Positions 13,959 through 28,165 are shown, counted from the stretch's first letter. The stretch is DNA of 64,000 bases from Octopus sinensis (GCF_006345805.1 NC_043006.1:13268001-13332000); one strand, 5' to 3'. Numbers and translations are program-made. The notes: generated from the sequence alone by a model not told the origin.

Positions 13959-14342
13959 TATTTATATATAAAAGTGAGGTTGTGTGTCTGTCTCCTATGA
14001 TTTAGATTTCTAACTACTCCCACATTTTGCGGTGCAGTTTAACCAAAACCGGGTATCTTATAGTCGTGATTCATATCGAGCCTTCTGGGTATTAGCGCGC
14101 GTCTACGATTTAAAAAAAAATTTACCATCATTTTTTCCATTTTAATGCATTTTTTTCGCTATTATATAAGGGAAGTAACTCTCTAAAATTGTCTACGATG
14201 AGTCAACGATTTAAAAAAAAAATTACCATATTTTTTTCCATTTTTAATGCATTGTTTTGCTATTTTTTGGCTATAACTCTCTAAAAATGCTTATATAGTT
14301 ATTTCCCTTACAAAACCGAGCAACGCCGGGCGATACTGCTAG
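13959..14342 (+). mobile_element. Non-autonomous Helitron-like element
   Basis: High similarity to 3524-3923, with an internal duplicated segment; hairpin plus CTAG|T end. Confidence 0.8.
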
Positions 14343-14778
14343 TTTGTTTTAAATCACAAGTAGGATTATGGCTGTTAAATAGTTAAGTATTGGAAGTTTC
14401 TATTCTCCCTACCCCTTTAGCTTCAGCCTACTAACTTTAGCTGAAATACATTAAACTGTACCAAATGTGGATTCTTCAAAAAAGAGTTTGATTTATGGCT
14501 CTGCCACTTAAACTGCCTCTTCCTCTATCGATAAATAGATAGATTCTTGGGGTTGTCTCCACTGAACTTAATAGAATAATATCAAACCCCTTCCCCAATA
14601 GTAAATCTAAATAACAAAGTAAATTCAGTGATAAGTAATGTATCCATGAATAAATATCATTTACTACCATGTTTCTGATGATGGGATTTACCGCTCTGTC
14701 TCTCTCTACTTACCCTCTTTGTAATGTTGGCAAATAGAATAAGTATAAAAATGTTTCTTGTCAATTTAACTAAAAATA

Positions 14779-14866
14779 AGAGCTGAAGATTGGTCTACAT
14801 TTTAAAACTGATGTAATACTTGCATTGTTTAATTAAATTAAGTAGCATGAAACGGTGGTACTGCAC
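14779..14866 (+). ncRNA. Degenerate hammerhead-like motif (paralogue of 9141-9228)
   Basis: CUGAAGA ... GAAAC GGUG GUA cugcac. Stems partly broken. Confidence 0.45.
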
Positions 14867-14998
14867 TACCTTTGGATATCCTTGTTGCTTAATTTGATTA
14901 TAATCACCCCATTTGATATATATGGGTAATACCATACTAAATTCTGGTGCGTTTAACTTAAGTACCATATTCATCTGAATCTAAATTTTTACTGAACT

Positions 14999-15061
<63 letters not shown>

Positions 15062-15394
15062 TGTATGTATGTATGTATGTATGTATGTATGCATGCATGC
15101 ATGCATGTATGTATGTATGTATGTATGTATGTATGTATGTATGTATGTATGTATGTATGTATGTATGTATGTATACACACACATTTGGTTGTATTACACT
15201 AGCGAAGGAAAAGGGGATTTCCCCTTAATCCTGAAATCAATTGATATGTATTTGAACCTTGCCATGAATCTTTTTCGTTCATTTGCCCGAGTTTAGAGCG
15301 AGTTTATTGTGATATTTTAAGGTGGTTTAGAGATATTTGGCGTCCTTTCAGCATGTGGCTTGGCCTGTATACTTATTCGCTTGCCCTGTATATA

Positions 15395-15434
<40 letters not shown>

Positions 15435-16194
15435 ACACACATATATATATATGAGACAGGCAGACAGACAGAAACAGAGGCAGAGAGAAACATACAAATG
15501 TGTATGTATGCATTCATGCACACCTACATGCATACATGTAGAGCAGAAACTCCTAAATCAGCTAAGATATCTGCAACCCTTTTAAAATGCTATCGATGTT
15601 GAATACTAGCGTAGGAAATTGATCGCGGATGTTACTATAGCATCGAGTGGTTCACAGAAGCCATACTGAAATCATTTTACCTGTTTCACTTTTACTAACT
15701 GGTTCCAGTCGTTGAGCTGCGAAACATGCTAAGTAGAGCGCAGCTTTCAAGTATTTAGACGATAAGAATTGCTTTCCTATCCACCTCAGTCCATTATACA
15801 ATGCTTAAGCAGTCATTGCAGCTATACAGTATATCTGTATAGGTTTTTGGTTTATTGTTCCTATTTATTTCACTATATCAATATCTCGTACTTGTATCTT
15901 TCTATATCGCTATTTGAGGTGTTGTGCCTATTTATCTTCCTGTCCAACTTAATTACTTTTCTCCTTATTTACCACACCGTCTGACACCCCAAGTACTGTA
16001 AACCCCTACTAAATTACTCTTTGTAATTTTCCAACTTTCACACAAAGAACAAAAACGTCAAAACTTTATATTAGACACTCTTCGGAAGAATTCCTCGGTG
16101 ATTTATATTTATTGATATTTAACGACATAAACCATTCCTGGGTCTCGCGAAATCTAAGACACCATTGGGAAGTATTACTGTAATAATTATCTTT

Positions 16195-16429
16195 CATCTT
16201 TCACGTGTTTCAGTCGTCCGACTGTGGCCTTGCTGGGGCACTGCCTTGAAGGGTTTTAGTCGAATAAATCGACCCTAGGACTTATATTTTAATGTCTAGT
16301 ACTTAGTCTATCGGTCTCTTTTGCTGACCGCTAAGTTACAGGGACGTAAACGCACTGCCACCGGTTGTCAAGCAGTGGTGGTGGGCGAACACAGGTACCA
16401 AGATATACACAGCACACACACATATATAT

Positions 16430-16488
<59 letters not shown>

Positions 16489-16790
16489 TTTTTTTTCTCT
16501 CCTTGTTTCTCTCCTGTTTTTTGTGTGTCCCTTTCTATAGAAGAGCGTAGGCTCGAAACGTAAAAGACTTATTCTATTTCTGAGCGTTATACTAATACAT
16601 CTGTTTGTTTTGTACACCACCTGTCTTCGTCTTTTGTTTTTTTCGTAAACTCTCCCTATATATACATATATATATATATAACGGGCTCCTTTCGGTTTCC
16701 GTCTACCAAATCCACTAACAAAGCTTTGGTCGGTCCAAGGCTATAGTAAAAGACATTTTCCCAAGGTTCTTCGCAGTGGAACTGAACCCA
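16195..16790 (-). mobile_element. SINE family B, with a hammerhead-bearing element nested in its internal microsatellite
   Basis: Family B segments (gtttcagtc..tgactgtggcc; ttccgtctaccaaatccact) flank the 16485-16657 insert. Confidence 0.75.
16531..16566 (+). ncRNA. Minimal hammerhead-like motif (variant core)
   Basis: cuuu CUAUAGAA GAGC guag GCUC GAAA CGUA aaag. Lies in a short element flanked by (TA)n on both sides; homologues at 29237 and 54192. Confidence 0.5.
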
Positions 16791-17029
16791 GAAGTCTTGT
16801 AAAAATGTTTATACTCTTGAAAAAATTTTAAATCAAAATTAAAAGAATGGTAGTACTTATGCTTATAATTTCTTCATTCATTATAACTAAAGTTGGATTT
16901 ACTAAAACTTTCAGTGATGCTGAAAGCTAGAGTATCAAATTAACAAAGGCTTTCAATAATGAGTGTATTCATTCCTTAAACACTTTCAATCTCATTTAAT
17001 TCTTTCCCACTTTAACTATAAAGATATAG

Positions 17030-17330
17030 AGTTATAATCACATGCATCAGATCATTAAATTGCAAAACACAATAGGAATTTTGCCAAGCCCACTAATCCT
17101 CATGCACACACGGAACGTATTGAGTCCTTTTTCAAGCCTTTATAAAAAAGAAAAATTGAAGCAAATCAATGGACCATTAGAATAGCTATTGAATATCTAC
17201 TTGAAAGTATTTATGAGAATATGCCACAATAACAGATGGATAGGATGGTGATAGAGCATTTAAAAACATTATTATTGTTATAAGGGAACAATATATTCTT
17301 TGTTTGTATTTATCATTGATTTGTATTTCT
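17030..17330 (+). mobile_element. Merlin/IS1016-like (ISXO2 domain) transposase relic
   Basis: Reads H*IAKHNRNFAKPTNPHAHTERIESFFKPL, resembling the HxxVNHSxNFVDPxTGAHTxxIESxW motif. Contains stops. Confidence 0.55.
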
Positions 17331-17498
17331 TAAATTGAAAATACAATATTCATTTTTTTTTTCTTTTGTATTGAATGGAACTACTTTTTTTTTTATTCCT
17401 AATATTTATTGATTTGCTTTTCTCTGTTTAAAATATTTACAGTTGAATTTTCAAATATATCTGTGGTTCTATGCCGGGCACGAACAATCGATACTTCA

Positions 17499-17499
<1 letters not shown>

Positions 17500-17542
<43 letters not shown>

Positions 17543-17625
17543 ATATATATATATATTATATATATATATATATAATATATATATATGTGTGGTGTGTGTG
17601 TGTGTGGTGTGTGTGTGTGTGTTTG

Positions 17626-17722
<97 letters not shown>

Positions 17723-17791
17723 ATATATATATTATATATATATATATATTATATATATATATGCATATATATATATGTATGTATGTATATA

Positions 17792-17822
<31 letters not shown>

Positions 17823-17865
17823 ATATATATATGCATATATATGCATATATATATATTATATATAT

Positions 17866-17904
<39 letters not shown>

Positions 17905-18120
17905 TGTTATATTTCGGAATGGTCATATTGCCAGTTTAGCCAATACTATATATATATATAATATATATATATATAGATATATATATATATGCATATATAT
18001 ATATATGTATGTATGTATATATATATACATATATATACATACATACATATATATATGTATATATATGCATATATATACATGTGTGCGAGTGTGTTTGTGT
18101 GTAGGTGTGTGTGTGTTTAT
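17500..18120. repeat. (TA)n/(TG)n microsatellite field
   Basis: Visible runs. Confidence 0.95.
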
Positions 18121-18465
18121 ATTTTCAGAAATGGCAAGTGCATTTAAGAAAAAGAGCGATATTCGATAATGAAAGTACTTCGCAATCAATTTGGGAACGT
18201 TAATATCTAGTATTGCCGACATTTAACAGGTTGTTGGTGATATCATATAGCTGAATTCGGGGATGCGTGTACGCGTGCGCATGTGTGTGTGTATATGTGT
18301 GTGTTTGTGTGCGCGCGCATGGCCGTGCGTGTCTGTGAATCCCATGTGTTGCGTGGTGTTTATGATATATATATACACATACACACACAAATCTACATAT
18401 GTTGTATATACAAGGTGATTGAAAAGTAACTTCCTATTTTAAAATACTAATAAATTATTTATTAA

Positions 18466-18832
18466 CTAGAACTATGACCCGGCAACGCCGGGTCATAGTG
18501 CTAGTGCATGCATATACAGCTGCGTGCGTGCGCACATACACGCGAGTACTGTCCAAATCTCCGACCAATCACATACAGCTAGCTGGCATTCAATTGGCGT
18601 ATCAAGTTTCGGGCATTTTGATTGGCTTTTGGATTGAAAATTCACAAAAAAGTCACTTCTATTGATTTTTTAATGGCTTTGCCGGGTGACTGGGGAAATG
18701 AAAATATATGCACGGCCACCCTTGGACGGTTTTCAATGACCATAGAAAGTGCGAGCCCTCTTACTGAAAAATTGCGGATTTGTATAAAGGACACACACAC
18801 AGACAGACATTTTGCCGTTTATATATAGAGAG
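18466..18832 (-). mobile_element. Helitron-like non-autonomous element inserted in a Tc1/mariner relic
   Basis: CTAG terminus next to a perfect hairpin actatgacccggc-aac-gccgggtcatagt; tctctctatatat 5' end on the minus strand. Confidence 0.65.
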
Positions 18833-18899
18833 ATTGCAATTTTCTTTTTCAAATTTTTTTGTGTTTGTTTTTGTAGTATGAGATTTTAATCTGTAATCG

Positions 18900-19200
18900 T
18901 ATTACGCGTATCGCTCGTGAATGGCTCAATGCCCACTTCCCCGAGAGATGGCTGGGTCGTCGTGATCCTCATGAGTGGCCGACCAAGAGTCCCAACGTAA
19001 CACCCAGTGATTTCCTTCTTTGGGGTTGGTTAAAGAAACAAGACTACTGTACCAAACCTGAGACTTTGGAAGTACTTGAAGGGCGGATACGAGAAATTAT
19101 GTTTTCCATCCCACCAGAGTTCTTGATGAAATCCGTTGACGCAATTCCGGGACGACTCAAGAAGCTGGTGGCGACATCTGGAGTCCCTATCCAATTTTAA
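18900..19200 (+). mobile_element. Tc1/mariner (rosa/DD41D-like) transposase C-terminal relic
   Basis: Reads EWLNAHFPERWLGRRDPHEWPTKSPNVTPSDFLLWGWLKKQDY...RLKKLVATSGVPIQF*, matching the WIGR..WPPRSPDLTPLDFFLWG motif. Confidence 0.8.
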
Positions 19201-19304
19201 ATAAAACGTCATACTAAAACATGATATAAATTTTTTATTATTTCATTTATTTATTTTTTTTTTTAATATTTTTTTTTGGTAAAAATTACAATTAATAAAT
19301 ACTC

Positions 19305-19534
19305 TTTTACTCTTTTACTTGTTTCAGTTATTTGACTGTGGCCATGCTGGAGCACCGCCTTTAGTCGAGCAAATCGACCCCAGGACTTATTCTTTGTAAG
19401 CCTAGTACTAATACTATTGGTCTCTTTTCTCGAACCGGTAAGTTACGGGGACGTAAACACACCAGCAATCGGTTGTCAAGCGATGTTGGTGGGGGGAGAC
19501 AAACACACACACACACACACACACATATACATAC

Positions 19535-19578
<44 letters not shown>

Positions 19579-20040
19579 GACGGGCTTCTTTCAGTTTCCG
19601 TATACCAAATCCACTCACAAGACTTTAGCCGGCCCGTGGCTATAGTAGAAGACACTTGCATGTATATATGTATATATGTATGTATATATACATATATATG
19701 TGTGTGTATATGTATATATGTTTGTGTACATATATATATATATATATATATGTGCGTGTGTGCGTGTATAACTGTACATGTATAAATGTACATATATTAC
19801 CTTATATAATAAAGCAAAGACACACATATATAAATATATATACATATATATATACATATGTATATATATATATATAATATATATATATATATATACGACG
19901 GGCTTCTTTCAGTTTCCGTATACCAAATCCACTCACAAGACTTTAGCCGGCCCGTGGCTATAGTAGAAGACACTTGCATGTATATATGTATATATCTATG
20001 TATATACATATATATGTGTGTGTGTATATGTATATATGTT

Positions 20041-20071
<31 letters not shown>

Positions 20072-20259
20072 GTGCGTGTGTGCGTGTATAACTGTACATG
20101 TATAAATGTACATATATTACCTTATATAATAAAGCAAAGACACACATATATAAATATATATACATATATATATACATATGTATATATATATATATATTAT
20201 ATATATATATATATATGTACATATATGTGTGCGTATGTATATATATGTATATATCTATG

Positions 20260-20312
<53 letters not shown>

Positions 20313-20480
20313 AATATAGACTGGCTTCTTTCAGTTTCCGTCTACCGAATCCTCTTACAAGACCTTGGTCGGCCCGGGAGCTATAGTAGAAGACACTTGC
20401 CCAAGGTGCCACACGGTGGGACTGAACCCGGAACCATATAGTCGAGAAGCAAGCTTCATACCGCACGGCTACGCCGCGCG
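19305..20480 (-). mobile_element. SINE family B fragments with an approx. 320-bp tandem duplication
   Basis: About 19575-19890 and about 19894-20210 are near-identical, including diagnostic SINE variants. Confidence 0.85.
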
Positions 20481-21982
20481 TATGTGTACGTATGCATCTA
20501 GAGTGAACCAGTGGTTAAGACTTGCACACGTAAGTGAAGCACTCATAAAAGTTTTTTTGCTCCTTCGCTGAGTACAGGTATTTCTAGATGTCTTTGATTG
20601 CAGGTTATCAAGCTACGAACACGCATGCACTTAATATGGGGAAAGGCTATGGCTCAGGTCGTTATCAAAAGCAGGAAGTGTTGTGAATATTACATTCATA
20701 TAATGAAGTGATATCCGAGGATTATTTTAACGCCTTCGATACGAACATGTGCGTTATTGTATTCTGGGAGATGATTGTGCATATTTTAGGCTAAATTAAG
20801 CGATCAAAATGTCTGTCTTGAGATGATACCACTTGTCCTTGATGAATGCTATTGTGAACCTCGAGCATAAATCTTGGATACAGCTTTACTGTAGAACTAG
20901 TTCGAAATAAACCATTTTCATCGCTTGTGCCAAATAAATGACAGGCAAACCAGCATCGAAGAAACATTTAATGCATGTGCTAGCAGCCTCGATCGATTTA
21001 AGAATAGAATTTTTCTGTATTAAGATAGGATTTGTGTCGAATGGAAGTGCTGTTGAAGTTGCAGCAAAATATCCTGAGTGTTTTTTTGGTTTTTTTTTTT
21101 TTTTTTTAGAAATCTATTGAAGAGATATATTGAAAAAAATATCTAAGGAAGAAATCGGATTATTTAAGAAAAGAATGCCTCCAAAAATCTACATTGGTAA
21201 AAGTAAATTAGAAAAATCTAATTCTGGATATAAACTTGAGTCGTTTGATTTATTATGTATTGAGAAAATGCAGGTGAAGTTTTCAAGCCAAAACTAGTGG
21301 TTAGATATCATTCAATAACTCCAAATTCACTAGAAGACAACAACCACCGACTTCTTCAGGTATTTGGAAGAAAGATAGTAAACTACACCTTGAGTGGCAG
21401 ACTTAACTATGATGAGGAGACTTAACTTCGAGGGCAGGCATAACTTTAGTGAAGAGTCAACTTTGGATTTAGATTTACTTTGTGGGGTAGACTTAGCTAT
21501 GCGATTGGACTTAACCTTGGTGCGTAAACTTAGAATTAACTGATGTGTAGGTTCAGCTTTGCGAGTAGACCACATTTTGGGGATAAACTTCACTTGAGAG
21601 TGGGTAAACTTACCTTTAGTGGGTAGAGCTTTAACTCGGATGCACACTACCTGTCTCTCAGTTTTACACCACCACCTGACAACTTGGGTGTCTTTAGTTG
21701 CGTCAGTTCTGTTGCAAGAAATCGGTCAATTGTCTGTGTTTTGAGGATACTCTTCTTCCCTGCTTCCCACCTGTCGTAGAAGCTCTGTAACAAGCCATGG
21801 GCAGTGCTTTTACTTTCTGACTCATTGAGAAAAAAGAACAGCATGGTACCTATTAACCATACTAACATCCACAAATTTCAGAATGTGAATTTTCGTGCCA
21901 CTTATATTTGAAAGGTAAGATTACAGAGTTCCCATCTGTCAGTTTATCTGTGTGTGCGCGTGTGTGTGTGTGTGTGTCTGTC

Positions 21983-22027
<45 letters not shown>

Positions 22028-22187
22028 ATATTTGCGTTTGACCTTCTGGCCGATCACTGATGAGAAGTTGGCGACCTTCTGTGTCTGTTTTCCATTTGTT
22101 TGAGCATTTATTAAATGTTTTTTAACTTATATATATATATATAGATATATATATAGATATATATATATAATATATATATATATATAT

Positions 22188-22223
<36 letters not shown>

Positions 22224-22336
22224 TCTATATATATATATATATATATATGAATAACAATAGGGTAATAAGAAATTATTATTACCAGTGGCCTAGCACAAAA
22301 ACGAATTAGTCATTAGACTATATATTATTCACATTG

Positions 22337-22548
22337 AAATACAATAAGAGGCTTCCAAATAGAAAGCCTTGTGCTAGAAAGAGCAGTAGAAAACTCAAAC
22401 CACCAAATAAAGATAAATTCATGAAAGGAATGAAAATCGTAAACGTTTTTAATTTTCATTCCTTTCGTGAATTTGTCCTTATTTGGTGGTTTGAGTTTTC
22501 TACTGCTCTTTCTAGCACATGGCTTTCATATTTGGAAGCTTCTTATTG

Positions 22549-22553
<5 letters not shown>
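22337..22553. repeat. Inverted repeat, approx. 100-bp arms, 14-nt spacer
   Basis: aaatacaataagaggcttcc...gaaaggaatgaaaat / attttcattcctttc...ggaagcttcttattgtattt. Few mismatches; flanked by (TA)n. Confidence 0.9.
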
Positions 22554-22597
<44 letters not shown>

Positions 22598-22769
22598 TTA
22601 GTTTTGGCCGGGCAAAAGCCACAGAATGCGCCCTTAAAAGCTCCTATGCTTCTCTTTGTTGTTGGCTACCATCTGTTAATTCCATCTCCCAGGGTAATCC
22701 GATAGTATGGTTATATGACATCTGTGAAAGCAGCCGTATTGAAATGGACTTGAGAAAAAATTATACATG

Positions 22770-23005
22770 GGCGCAGGAGTGGCTGTGTGGTAGGTAGCTT
22801 GCTAACCAGCCACATGGTTCCGGGTTCAGTCCCACTGCGTCGCATCTTGGGCAAGTGTTTTCTGCTATAGCCCCGGGCCGACCAATGCCTTGTGAGTGGA
22901 TTTGGTAGACGGAAACTGAAATAAGCCTGTCGTATATATGTATATATATGTATGTGTGTGTTTGTGTGTCTGTGTTTGTTCCCCTAGCATTGCTTGACAA
23001 CCGAT
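22770..23005 (+). mobile_element. SINE family B (3' truncated)
   Basis: ggcgcaggagtggctgtgtggt...ggttcagtcccactgcg..cttgggcaagt head and CORE-like segment. Confidence 0.85.
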
Positions 23006-23009
23006 GGAT

Positions 23010-24802
23010 AACTTTTTATTATGATAAAAACCAAATGGATACCACTAATAACAATAAGGATATTAGCAAGGATTTTACCGTTTGAGTATTTAAAACCGGG
23101 AAGACGCCATTACATAATAACCACCTAGAAACATTTGAACAAGGACTATGGACTATAATCAAAAACTTAAAATTTAAGAAATGCCCATTGCGGAACAACC
23201 AACACCAAAGGAAGCTAATAAAATTAACACATGAACTGAAAAATATAAAAGGAGTTATTATTAATTCAGATAAAATAAGAAGCTTATATAACATGGATAT
23301 TAATTTGTACCATATATTATTGTACAAAGAAATTACAAAAAAAATTACAAGATAGTTCCTAATAGTACCCTTAGGCAGATTAACCTAAGAGCTACAAAAA
23401 TTATAAAAAATTATAATATAGTGGCTGTGTGGTAATTAGCTTGCTAACTAACCACATGGTTCCGGGTTCAGTCCCACTGCGTGGCATCTTGGGCAAGTGT
23501 CCTCTGCTATAGCCCCGGGCCGACCAATGCCTTGTGAGTGGATTTGGTAGACGGAAACTGAAAGAAGCCTGTCGTATATATGTATATATATATATATAAG
23601 TGTGTGTGTATGTGTTTGTGTGTATGTGTTTGTGTGTCTGTGTTTGTCCCCCTAGCATTGCTTGACAACCGATGCTGGTGTGTTTACGTCCCCGTCACTT
23701 AGCGGTTCGGCAAAATGGACCGATAGAATAAGTACTGGGCTTACAAAGAATAAGTCCCGGGGTCGATTTGCTCGACTAAAGGCGGTGCTCCAGCATGGCC
23801 GCAGTCAAATGACTGAAACAAGTAAAAGAGTTTTTAAAGAGTTTAGATGATAAAACAGAACCATTATTACCCAGTAGACCACGGATTACAATTAAGGATC
23901 ATAAGGAGAATTTTCATATTGATACAAAGGTTAGATTAATCTGTCCTAATAAATCTGGTTTATGTAAACTTAGCAAGATAATTTTAGATTAATATATACC
24001 GATCTTGGAAAATAAGATCAGACTACAATTATGGTCAAACACTCAGAATACTATTAAATGGTTCTCTAATATAAATGATAAATATAAACATAAATTCCTA
24101 TAAATAGATGTTGACAATTATTACTCTAGTATAAACCCCAATATATTAAATAGCGCCTTGATACTTGCCAAGAAATATACATCTATTAGTACGAAAGAAA
24201 TTAATGTAATTTTAACAGCCTGCAAATCAGTTATGAATTTCGATAATAAGTTATGGGCGAGAAAAGATACCTCTAACTGTTTCGATATTTCTATGGGAGC
24301 GTCAGATTCCGCGCAAATAGTAACTGACATAGTAGGAGTATTATTGGCAAGCATACAAGACGAATTCCCAGAGCTAATGGGGGGACTTTATAGAGACGAT
24401 GCACTACTTATAGTTAGGAATACATCTAGTTGGTGTCTAGAACTCATAAAGAAACGATTATTTAATTTTCTTAAAATTTAGTCTATCTATAACTAAAGAA
24501 AAAGAATATAATTCAATTAACTGTAATTTATTATTTGGAATACGTGAACCATATATGAAACCAAATTATGAATTAAAATATATAAATTATCAAAGCAATC
24601 ACCTACTTTCAATGAATAAAGCATTAGTATATAATATTATCAAGAGAATTTCACATCTATCTTACAATGAAGATATACTTAATAGACATAAAGACCAATA
24701 TGATTTGGCTTTAAGTAAAGCAGGATATAAGAATAAATTACAATATATTAAAGATAATAATATTATAGATAAAATGAGTAATGGGAATAATAGGAATAAT
24801 AC

Positions 24803-24846
<44 letters not shown>

Positions 24847-25760
24847 TAATAATAATAGGAATAATAATATAAAAACTAATGAAACTAATGATGATAATAA
24901 AAATCATAGATATATATAGAAACCGAATAAAATTTAAAATATCTACTTCCTTAAAATCCTTTAAAATGTTTTAACCTGAAGGCCGCGGCCACCGCTGAGA
25001 ATAAAAATAATTTAATGAATAAAAATAATTTTAGTGGTTTCAATAATAATAAAGTAGATACCAATAAGATAATATGGCATTATCTTATTGGTATCTAAAA
25101 TTAGATTTATTTTATTCAAACAGAGAATGTGTTAATAATAACTCCTCTAATGCCAGGGTTAATGTAGAAGATATTAGTAGTAATATTCCATTAACAAACA
25201 ATATTATTAAGAACGATCGGAAACCAGTTACATGCAAAGCCTCTTCTTCAGCTATTCTTATAAAACATGTGAGGGTAAAAATATAGATAGCTCTATGGTT
25301 AAAAATTTATGTAAATTGAAAAATATAGTATACCAATATAAAGTTACCACAGAAATTAATAATAAATATATTTATATTGGATCAACTAAAAATGAAATGA
25401 AGAAGCGTCTTTCAACACATTTACATACATTTCGGAATAGGAACAGACTGAATTAAACGTAAATTCACCTAGGAACTTAAAGGTAAAAAAATTTAATTTA
25501 ATCTCGAATGGGAAATCTTGGTGACTGCACCTAGTTACAATATAAGTAATAACAAGTGCCTTCTTTGTTTGAACAACAAATTATTTATTTTAACGGCTTC
25601 ATTTCCTTTACTTAACCTGAGGGATGAACAAATAATTATTGCCTACGTAAAAGCAAATATGTATTTAGTACATATAAATTATTTATTATAGTTATAACTA
25701 ATAGGCTGTCATATTGATACCTCATGACAGATATATTTAACTATTGTAAAGTAAATAAAC
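23010..25760 (+). mobile_element. Decayed Penelope-like retroelement, Naiad-type (RT plus C-terminal GIY-YIG endonuclease)
   Basis: Reads ITIKDHKENF..VRLICPNKS.L.KLSKIILD, LWSNT..TIKWF, IDVDNYYSSI, FDISMGASDSAQ, GLYRDDAL; endonuclease NIVYQY...IYIGST.NEMKKRLSTH and WEIL..APSY....KCLLCL. Has stops and frameshifts, a SINE insertion (23420-23830) and an (ATA)n run. Confidence 0.88.
23420..23830 (+). mobile_element. SINE family B
   Basis: Near-complete copy ending gactgaaacaagtaaaagag. Confidence 0.88.
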
Positions 25761-25967
25761 AACTCTTATAATTATAATTAAATTTATAAATAGAACTTAA
25801 TTAATATTTCCCCATTCTAAAGGTGTGAGTATGTAAATAGAAACTTATTGATGATGCATGTAGGTACTATACATATGACTGTACATATATATATATATAA
25901 TATATATATATATATGTATATTAATTTATATATATATATATATATCTCTATATATTATATATATTAT

Positions 25968-26006
<39 letters not shown>

Positions 26007-26069
26007 TATATATATATATTTTAATATATATATATATATATTTATATTATATATATTATATATCTATTA

Positions 26070-26116
<47 letters not shown>

Positions 26117-26166
26117 TATATATATTAATTTATATATATAATATATATATATATTTTATATATATA

Positions 26167-26209
<43 letters not shown>

Positions 26210-26496
26210 TTTATATATATATATATATATATCTATATATGGATGTATATATATATATATATGTATATTTGAATTATATATGTGTGTGTACATATGTATA
26301 CCCGCATAGCTTCCCATAATGTGTGCATACACGTACATATAGAGTATTTACCATGTATATTGGTAGTTTAGCTCAATGTTCGTATTTGGAGCATTTCATT
26401 TATATTGATATTACTTTGATTTGAAGTATGTATAGACTTTATTTTTCTATGTCTATATAGAGTTTGTTTCGTTTTGTTTATATGTATCGATATGTA

Positions 26497-26541
<45 letters not shown>

Positions 26542-26544
26542 TAT

Positions 26545-26590
<46 letters not shown>

Positions 26591-26595
26591 TATAT

Positions 26596-28165
26596 GAATG
26601 AGTTTCTTGTCCAAACTTGTCCTTTCACAAACAGATATCACAACATTTTAGACCTGTTTAGTAATCACACTAACACTATGCATAATATTACAGTGGAAAA
26701 TACCCTTCTTGCAGGCTATGATATGGTTCTCTGTAACCTGGGATTCCACCAGCCGAAAGCTAACGCTAGTGACCTCTTTCCAGCCCATTTTAAGAGGATG
26801 GTGGGATCATGAATAATCCTCTTTCTTGAAAGCAACAGACTGCTGAACCCCAACCAACATGGGTTCCGTAATTGAGAGAAGTGCTTAACGCAGCTCCTAC
26901 ATCACTTTGATGACATTTTGAGAGCTTTGAAAGAGGGCACCAAAGCCAATGTCATCTACTTTGATTTCAGCAAGGCCTTTCACACGGATGATCATAAGAT
27001 TCTCTTCAAAAACCTATCCAACGGTGGTGCCTCTGGAAAGTTACTACAATGGATCATATGTTTCGTAATAGACATGACCCAACACGTTGAAGCCGAAGGA
27101 GTAAAATCAAGCCCAGCCAAAGTCACTAGTGGTGTTCCACAAGGCACTGTGTTGGGCCCACTTCTTTTCATCATCTACATCATTGACATTATTGACATCA
27201 TCAAGCGCAGCAACATAAGAATTTTTGCAGATGATTCCAAGATCCAGAGGGTCATCAATGACGTGGGTGACCAGACAAATCTTCAGTCAGATCTATGGGC
27301 GGGAAAGAATAATATGCTGTTGAACGGGAACAAATTTGTGTTTATCCACGTCGAAAACGAGGATACCTTGAAACTCCCCTACTCCCTTCAGGTGAAACTA
27401 TCATGGCAGCCAACAACACCAGAGGCTTGGAAGTAATTGTGGACAACTACATAAGCTGGGCCACTCATATAAACAACAAAGTTGACATGGCCCGCAGAAT
27501 GTGTTCCTGGATTCTCAGAACTTTCCAGTCAACAGATATCCACACCATTATCCTTCTCTTCTTCACTTTTGCCTGACCCCAATTCGAATACTGTTGTCCA
27601 CAGTGGTCTTCCCACACGAAACGATGTATCATGACAGTTGAAGCACTTGAAAGGTCAATTACAAAAAAGATAGATGGCATGACAGGGCTTGACAATTGGG
27701 GTCGATCGATTAGAAAAGCTCAAACTTTATTCTCTCCAACGCAACTGAGAGCGCTACATCATCTGCGTGATGTGGAAAATATTCCATTAGCATTGCCCAA
27801 ATGCTGTTGGGATTGCCTTTAAGATATACCCAAGACTTGAGCCCCATGCTATCCGCCTACAACATAAATCATACTCGCATAACATAACAACAATACGACA
27901 CTTTTATTTCATCTCAACTGGCCCCGCTCAATTTAACACCAAAACATACAAAAGCAGAAACAGACCCCATAAAGTTCAAGAAGTCCTGGACAATTTCTTT
28001 CAAAAAATCCCGGATAAACCGCCTACACCCGGGTATGTCTCCGTAAACAATAACTCTCTACTCGAGTGGACCATGTTGTCTAATTCCTGATCTGCATGAC
28101 TTTGCTAGGTGGTGTTATTAGGTTAGACATGACCTGGCCCAATACTGGCCGAAACCTATCAGAGT
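26596..28165 (+). mobile_element. CR1-clade LINE remnant (endonuclease fragment joined to RT and 3' UTR; internally deleted)
   Basis: QHGFR, VIYFDFSKAF, SGVPQGTVLGPLLFIIYI, IFADDSKI, FEYCCPQWS. Upstream NILDLF..HNI resembles the APE C-terminus. Confidence 0.9.

Noticed and set aside
20835-20882. UUGAUGA-augcu...agcau-AAA motif
   Set aside because: Lacks G12 and a palindromic stem III; not supportable.
22050-22090. CUGAUGA-gaag...cuuc hammerhead half
   Set aside because: GAAA and the 3' strand of stem I are missing; at best a deleted relic.
25230-25760. Selenocysteine recoding in the Naiad-type endonuclease
   Set aside because: No in-frame TGA was seen at the Cys positions I could read, and no SECIS was recognisable.
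25848-25878. Possible hammerhead downstream of the Penelope-like ORF
   Set aside because: Only UUGAUGA, a partial stem II and GA remain; no stem III or stem I.
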